From an uncultured Faecalibacterium sp. (GTDB lineage Bacteria > Bacillota > Clostridia > Oscillospirales > Ruminococcaceae), in contig CAAHET010000093.1 in the NCBI GenBank assembly GCA_900772565.1, forward strand, positions 3,250 to 67,249: a stretch of 64,000 bases of DNA, written 5' to 3'. Shown here piece by piece: positions 58,935-64,000 of this stretch. The stretch's first letter is position 1, and each line of letters starts with the position of its first letter. The position numbers and the translations under genes were made by a program. The notes beneath the pieces are model-generated. The model ran no database searches. It saw nothing but the letters and a program-made list of their open reading frames with translations, and was not told where the DNA came from.

Positions 58935-59795
58935 ATGGCAACCGCTGTTATTAAAGACCACGCTTCCCAGAAGCGCCGCAATTTCATCTCCAAGTTCCTG
59001 ATCTATTTCTTCCTCATCGTCATCACAGCCTGCATGCTGCTGCCCTTTTTGTGGATGCTGTCCTCCTCCTTTAAGCTGAATAAGGACGTGTTCGGCTTCC
59101 CCATCCAGTGGATCCCCAAAAATCCGCGCTGGCAGAACTATGTGGATATCTGGACCCAGATCCCGCTGCTGACCTTTGTAAAGAACACGGTCAAGATCAC
59201 CGTGGTGGTCACCCTGTTGCAGCTGTTCACCTCCTCCTTTGCGGCCTACGCCTTTGCAAAGATGCAGTTCAAGGGCAAGAATGTGCTCTTCCTCGGCTAC
59301 ATTGCCACCATTGCAGTGCCTTGGCAGGCCTACATGGTGCCCCAGTTCATGATGATGAGCTCCTGGCACCTGAACAACACCCATCTGGCCATTATGTGCC
59401 TGCAGGCTTTCAGCGCCTTCGGTGTGTTCCTGATGAAGCAGTTCTACGAGGGCGTGCCCACCGAGCTGTGTGAGGCTGCCCGCATTGACGGCCTGAGCGA
59501 GTACGGCATCTGGTGGCACATCATGCTGCCCCTCAGCCTGCCCGCCCTGTCCACCCTGACCATCTTCACCTTCGTGAACACTTGGAACGACTTCCTCGGC
59601 CCCCTGATCTACCTGACCAAGACCGAGCTCAAGACCATCCAGATCGGTCTGCGTATGTTCATCACCCAGTATTCCGCAGAGTACGGCCTGATCATGGCGG
59701 CCTCTGTGGTGGCACTGATCCCGGTGCTGATCGTGTTCCTCTCCCTGCAGAAGTACTTTGTGCAGGGCGTGGCATCCACCGGCATCAAGGGCTAA
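58935..59795 (+). CDS. sugar ABC transporter permease (MalG/LplC-like)
   Basis: EAA loop CEAARIDGLSEYGIWW. 286 aa. Confidence 0.85.
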   Translation: MATAVIKDHASQKRRNFISKFLIYFFLIVITACMLLPFLWMLSSSFKLNKDVFGFPIQWIPKNPRWQNYVDIWTQIPLLTFVKNTVKITVVVTLLQLFTSSFAAYAFAKMQFKGKNVLFLGYIATIAVPWQAYMVPQFMMMSSWHLNNTHLAIMCLQAFSAFGVFLMKQFYEGVPTELCEAARIDGLSEYGIWWHIMLPLSLPALSTLTIFTFVNTWNDFLGPLIYLTKTELKTIQIGLRMFITQYSAEYGLIMAASVVALIPVLIVFLSLQKYFVQGVASTGIKG

Positions 59796-59811
59796 ACAGA
59801 TCACCCGTAAG

Positions 59812-59850
59812 CGGGGCGTGGGCAGTACCCGCGCCCCGCATTTTTTTTGC
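59812..59850 (+). terminator. intrinsic terminator
   Basis: gcggggcg...cgccccgc hairpin followed by T8. Confidence 0.6.
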
Positions 59851-59870
59851 AGAAATAGAGGGAAAGCATT

Positions 59871-61667
59871 ATGTTATATCCACAACAAAATGGTTCTCGT
59901 CTGAAGCTGAGCCTTGACGGCACATGGGAGTTTGCGCTGGGCAGCTGCGCGGAAAACCAGTTCGACCCCGCAAAGCCCCTGCCGGATGCCCAGCCCATCG
60001 CTGTGCCAGCCAGCTACAACGACCAGAACGACCAGACCACCGCCCTGCGCCGCCACTACGGCTGGGCATGGTATCAGCGCAAAGTCACCCTGCCCGCCTT
60101 CTGCGCTGGGCAGCGGGTGGTGCTGCGGTTCGGCTCGGTGACCCACACCGCCAAAGTCTGGCTGAACGGTCAGCTCATTGCACAGCACAAGGGCGGCTTT
60201 ACCCCCTTTGAGGCGGACGTTACCGCGCTGCTGCGCCCCGGCGAGACCGCGCTGCTGACCGTCGCCTGCGACAACCGGGTGAACCACAGCACCCTGCCTG
60301 TGGGCAACGAGGATGGGCAGCTGGCTTTCTTTGGCTCGGACAATGCGGGCATCCCCAGTGTGGAAGCCGCCAAGCGCGCCGCTGCGCCCCAGAACCGCCC
60401 GAATTTTGACTTCTTCAACTATGCGGGCATCCACCGCCCGGTGGTGCTCTACACCACCCCCAAAGAGTACATCGAGGATGTGACCGTGGTGCCCGCCGTG
60501 GACGGCACGGTGCAGTACGCGGTAAAAAACACCGGCAGTGCGCCTGTCCATGTCACGGTGCTGGACGCTGACGGCAGCGCCGTTGCAAGCGCCGAGGGCG
60601 CAGCGGGCACCCTGACCATCCCGGCGGTGCATCTCTGGGAGCCCAGACCCGGCACGCCCTACCTGTACACCCTGCACATCACCTGCGGGGCAGATATCTA
60701 CGACCAGACCTTTGGCGTGCGCAGCATTGAGGTGCGGGGCACACAGGTGCTTTTGAACGGCAAGCCACTCTATTTCAAGGGCTTTTGCAAGCACGAGGAC
60801 TTTACCGCCCATGGCCGCGGCTTTGACCCGGTGCTGAACGTGAAGGACGTGAATCTGATCCACTGGGCAAACGCCAATGCCGTGCGCACCAGCCACTACC
60901 CCTACGCAGAGGAATTCTACGACCTGTGCGACCGGGAGGGCATTCTGGTCATGGACGAGACCCCGGCTGTGGGCATCGGCGGCGGGGCGGCGGTGAATCC
61001 TTATAAGGAATACCCCATTGCGGAGCACCACCGGCAGGTACTTGCCGAGATGATCCGGCGGGACAAAAACCACCCCTGCGTGGTGCTGTGGAGCCTTGGC
61101 AACGAGCCGGATCTGGAACACTTCCCGCAGGATGCCTACGATTACTGGCACCCGCTGTATGAGCTGGCGCATCAGCTGGACCCGCAGAACCGCCCGGTCA
61201 CCCTTGTCTGCTGCCAGAACGACTACACCAAGGATATCACTACCCGCACCATGGATATCGTCTGCATCAACCGCTACTACGGCTGGTACAACCTTTCCGG
61301 CGACATGGACGCCGCCTGCTACGGTCTGAATCAGGAGCTGGATTTCTGGGCAGAGCAGCACAAGCCCGTGATGATGAGCGAGTACGGCGCGGACACCGTG
61401 GCCGGGCTGCACACCGCCGGAGCCGAGATGTTCAGCGAGGAGTTTCAGGTGGAGTTCTACCGCCGTCTGGATGCAGAGTTTGACAAGCGCCCGTGGTTTG
61501 TGGGAGAATTTGTTTGGAACTTTGCAGACTACGACACCGTACAGGGCCCCATGCGGGTGGACGGCAACAAAAAAGGCCTGTTCACCCGTGACCGCCGCCC
61601 CAAGCTGGGTATGCACTTTCTGCGCCAGCGCTGGCACGATATTCCGACCTTTGGATTTAAGGAGTAA
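59871..61667 (+). CDS. uidA: beta-glucuronidase (GH2)
   Basis: Block-by-block similarity to E. coli GusA: LDGTWEF, IAVPASYNDQ, VVLRFGSVTHTAKVWLNG...GGFTPFEADVT, FFNYAGIHRPVVLYTTP. Confidence 0.9.
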   Translation: MLYPQQNGSRLKLSLDGTWEFALGSCAENQFDPAKPLPDAQPIAVPASYNDQNDQTTALRRHYGWAWYQRKVTLPAFCAGQRVVLRFGSVTHTAKVWLNGQLIAQHKGGFTPFEADVTALLRPGETALLTVACDNRVNHSTLPVGNEDGQLAFFGSDNAGIPSVEAAKRAAAPQNRPNFDFFNYAGIHRPVVLYTTPKEYIEDVTVVPAVDGTVQYAVKNTGSAPVHVTVLDADGSAVASAEGAAGTLTIPAVHLWEPRPGTPYLYTLHITCGADIYDQTFGVRSIEVRGTQVLLNGKPLYFKGFCKHEDFTAHGRGFDPVLNVKDVNLIHWANANAVRTSHYPYAEEFYDLCDREGILVMDETPAVGIGGGAAVNPYKEYPIAEHHRQVLAEMIRRDKNHPCVVLWSLGNEPDLEHFPQDAYDYWHPLYELAHQLDPQNRPVTLVCCQNDYTKDITTRTMDIVCINRYYGWYNLSGDMDAACYGLNQELDFWAEQHKPVMMSEYGADTVAGLHTAGAEMFSEEFQVEFYRRLDAEFDKRPWFVGEFVWNFADYDTVQGPMRVDGNKKGLFTRDRRPKLGMHFLRQRWHDIPTFGFKE

Positions 61668-61672
61668 TTACG

Positions 61673-62833
61673 ATGAAAACCTACCCAAACCACGCCATGA
61701 CCGATGCCGAAGCACGGCAGGCATTGGCCGATGCCTGCAAGCAGGTGGAGACCAATCTGCCCCTGTACACCTACCAGTGCCAGAACCATTCCAGCGTCAA
61801 TAATATCTACCCCGGCTGCGCCAATAACCAGTGGACCTGCGGCTTCTGGCCGGGTGAGATCTGGCTGGCTTACGAAGCCACCGGAGAGGAAAAATTCAAG
61901 ACCGCCGCCCTCATTCAGGTGGACAGCTTTGCGGACCGCATTGCCCGCAAGGTGGAGGTGGACCACCACGATATGGGCTTTCTGTACAGTCCCACCTGCG
62001 TGGCAGCGTGGAAGCTGGTGGGCAGCGAAACCGGCAAAAACGCCGCCATCGCCGCCGCTGACCAGCTGCTGACCCGCTACCAGCCCAGCGGAAAATTTTT
62101 GCAGGCATGGGGCACTATGGATGACCCCGACAACTACCGCTATATCATCGACTGTATGCTCAACGTGCCGCTGCTGTACTGGGCGGCACAGGTGACCGGC
62201 AGCGACCACTACCGCGAAATTGCCGCCGCCCACACCGCCACCACGCTGGCAAACTCCTTCCGGCCGGACGGCAGCACCTACCACACCTTCTTTATGAACC
62301 CGGACGGCACCCCCAAGGGCGGCCGCACCTGTCAGGGCTATAAGGATGACAGCTTCTGGGCGCGGGGACAGGCGTGGGGCGTGTACGGCAGCGCCATCGG
62401 CTACACCTATACCCACGACGAAAAGTTCCTCGATGTGTTCCGCAAAGCGTTGGAATTTTATCTTTCCCGCCTGCCGGAGGATATGATCCCCTGCTGGGAT
62501 ATGCTGTTTGCGCCGGAAAGCGGCGAACCCCGGGATTCTTCCTCCGCTGCCATCGTGGCCTGTGGTCTGCTGGAAGCGGCAAAATATGTGGACGAAGCAG
62601 AAGCCGCCCAGTGGCGCACGCTGGCACGGCAGATGCTGGCCAGTCTCACCGCAAACTACGCGGTAAAGCCCGGAACCCTCGGCTCCGGCCAGCTGCTGCA
62701 CGGCACTTACAGCAAAAAGAGCCCCTACAACACCTGCACCCCGGAGGGCGTGGATGAATGCACGAGCTGGGGCGATTATTTCTACATGGAGGCGCTGACC
62801 CGCCTGACCAAAGACTGGGAGATGTACTGGTGA
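61673..62833 (+). CDS. glycoside hydrolase family 88 (unsaturated glucuronyl hydrolase)
   Basis: 386 aa, alpha6/alpha6 barrel, WPGEIW / HD..GF / WARGQAWG motifs typical of UGL. Confidence 0.7.
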   Translation: MKTYPNHAMTDAEARQALADACKQVETNLPLYTYQCQNHSSVNNIYPGCANNQWTCGFWPGEIWLAYEATGEEKFKTAALIQVDSFADRIARKVEVDHHDMGFLYSPTCVAAWKLVGSETGKNAAIAAADQLLTRYQPSGKFLQAWGTMDDPDNYRYIIDCMLNVPLLYWAAQVTGSDHYREIAAAHTATTLANSFRPDGSTYHTFFMNPDGTPKGGRTCQGYKDDSFWARGQAWGVYGSAIGYTYTHDEKFLDVFRKALEFYLSRLPEDMIPCWDMLFAPESGEPRDSSSAAIVACGLLEAAKYVDEAEAAQWRTLARQMLASLTANYAVKPGTLGSGQLLHGTYSKKSPYNTCTPEGVDECTSWGDYFYMEALTRLTKDWEMYW

Positions 62834-64000
62834 TGAACTTACAGACCAAAGCGGATTTTACCGCACTGATGCACAAATTTCTCGACCCCCTCAAGCCCTA
62901 TTATTCGGCTGGCTGCGCCCGGCTGCATCTGGGCGAGACGGGCGTGACCTACAACCAAAATGCTATCGAGCTGGAAGCCTTCAGCCGCCCGCTGTGGGCG
63001 CTGGTGCCCTTCTGGGTGGGCGGCGGCTCCGACCCGGAGTTTGAAACCATCTACCGCAAGGGTCTTGCCGCCGGTGCCGACCCGGAAAACCCCGAATACT
63101 GGGGCACCACCGGGGAGTACGACCAGTGCTATGTGGAGATGGCCGCTATTGCCTGCGGCATCCTCACCGCACCGGAAAAGCTGTGGGCACCGCTTTCTGA
63201 CACCGAAAAACAGAACCTTGCCGCATGGCTTGGGCAGATCAACGCCCACACCATCCCGGACTGCAACTGGCAGTTTTTCCGCATCCTTGTAAACCTTGCC
63301 CTGAAAAGCGTGGGGATGCCTTTCAGCCCGGAACTGCTGGAGGATGGCCTTTGCAAGATCGACAGCTATTACAGCGGCGATGGCTGGTCCACTGATGGCG
63401 CCTCTGTGCAGAAGGATTACTACATCCCGTGGGCCATCCAGTATTACGGCCTGCTGTACTCTAAATTTGCCACCGACACCGACCCGCAGCGCGCTGCCCT
63501 TTACCGCCAGCGCGCCCAGCTGTTCGCACAGCAGTTCGTCTACTGGTTCGATGCCAACGGCGCAGCGCTGCCCTTTGGCCGCAGCCTGACCTACCGCTTT
63601 GCACAGAACAGCTTCTGGGCGGCCTGCATCTGGGCAGGGCTGGAACCACTGCCCTTGTCGATAATGAAGGGACTCATCGTCCGCAACTTCAACTGGTGGC
63701 TGGGGCAGAAAATGTTTGACCGGGACGGCATCCTGACCATCGGCTACTGCTACCCGCAGATGTACATGGCCGAGCGGTACAACGCTCCCGGCAGCCCCTA
63801 CTGGGGCATGAAGAGCTTTTTGCTGCTTGCTCTGCCGGACGACCACCCCTTCTGGTCTGCCGAGGCGGCTCCCATGCCCGCATTGAAGCGGCTCAAGCCC
63901 ATGCCCTACGCCAATATGCTGGTGCAGCGCCGGGCAGGCCGGGTAACGGCCTACGCCGCCGGTGTCAACGAGGGCCACGGCCACGGGCAGTTCCCGGAAA
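62833..64000 (+). CDS. DUF2264-like protein, 3'-partial (runs off the window end)
   Basis: The ATG at 62833 overlaps the GH88 stop (ATGA). The frame is open and protein-like (Trp-rich) to position 64000. Confidence 0.5.
   Translation, partial: MNLQTKADFTALMHKFLDPLKPYYSAGCARLHLGETGVTYNQNAIELEAFSRPLWALVPFWVGGGSDPEFETIYRKGLAAGADPENPEYWGTTGEYDQCYVEMAAIACGILTAPEKLWAPLSDTEKQNLAAWLGQINAHTIPDCNWQFFRILVNLALKSVGMPFSPELLEDGLCKIDSYYSGDGWSTDGASVQKDYYIPWAIQYYGLLYSKFATDTDPQRAALYRQRAQLFAQQFVYWFDANGAALPFGRSLTYRFAQNSFWAACIWAGLEPLPLSIMKGLIVRNFNWWLGQKMFDRDGILTIGYCYPQMYMAERYNAPGSPYWGMKSFLLLALPDDHPFWSAEAAPMPALKRLKPMPYANMLVQRRAGRVTAYAAGVNEGHGHGQFPE

Noticed and set aside
62839-63984. 381-aa minus-strand ORF
   Set aside because: It is antisense to the protein-like, partial DUF2264 frame on the plus strand and is Arg/Gly/Ala-rich.

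Overview
The window has two parts. Positions 1 to about 36,900 (about 45-50% GC) are the right-hand ~37 kb of an integrated Firmicutes-type temperate phage with a PBSX/SPP1-like contractile tail. The left end with the lysogeny module and integrase is outside the window. The gene order is: a replication module (VRR-NUC nuclease, a Cas4-like nuclease fused to a Sak4-like ATPase, a family-B DNA polymerase, a primase/SF3 helicase); an orphan N6-adenine DNA methyltransferase whose 5' end is interrupted by a (GA)17 tract; an HD hydrolase; an ArpU/DUF1492-type late regulator; TerS and TerL; an SPP1-type portal; a MuF/gp7 protein with a C-terminal papain-like extension; scaffold and major capsid; connector proteins; sheath, tube, XkdN-like chaperone and tape measure; XkdP to XkdV-like baseplate and fibre genes; a diversity-generating retroelement (DGR) that targets the tail-fibre C-terminus (VR, TR and RT all identified); two XkdX-like small genes; holin, M15 endolysin and a second holin. 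The flanking chromosome is about 60-65% GC. It carries a LysR regulator and then a tightly coupled minus-strand operon under a divergent HxlR regulator. That operon encodes a 65-aa peptide with three Cys-rich repeats, a radical-SAM/SPASM enzyme, a nitroreductase, a PNPOx-like ferredoxin flavoprotein and a macro-domain protein. This is the most novel-looking system in the window. Downstream are a GH1 beta-glucosidase, a mannose-6-phosphate isomerase, a deletion junction that fuses a 3'-truncated sugar ABC permease to a 5'-truncated phosphoglucomutase, a possibly frameshifted glycoside hydrolase, a small AT-rich island with a tRNA 3'-end-like fragment and an IS630 transposase remnant, and a glucuronide/glycosaminoglycan-type utilisation locus (DUF624 protein, heparinase II/III-like protein, YesM/YesN two-component system, ABC transporter, GH2 beta-glucuronidase, GH88, DUF2264). 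All calls come from reading the ORF translations and the raw sequence. No database searches were run.
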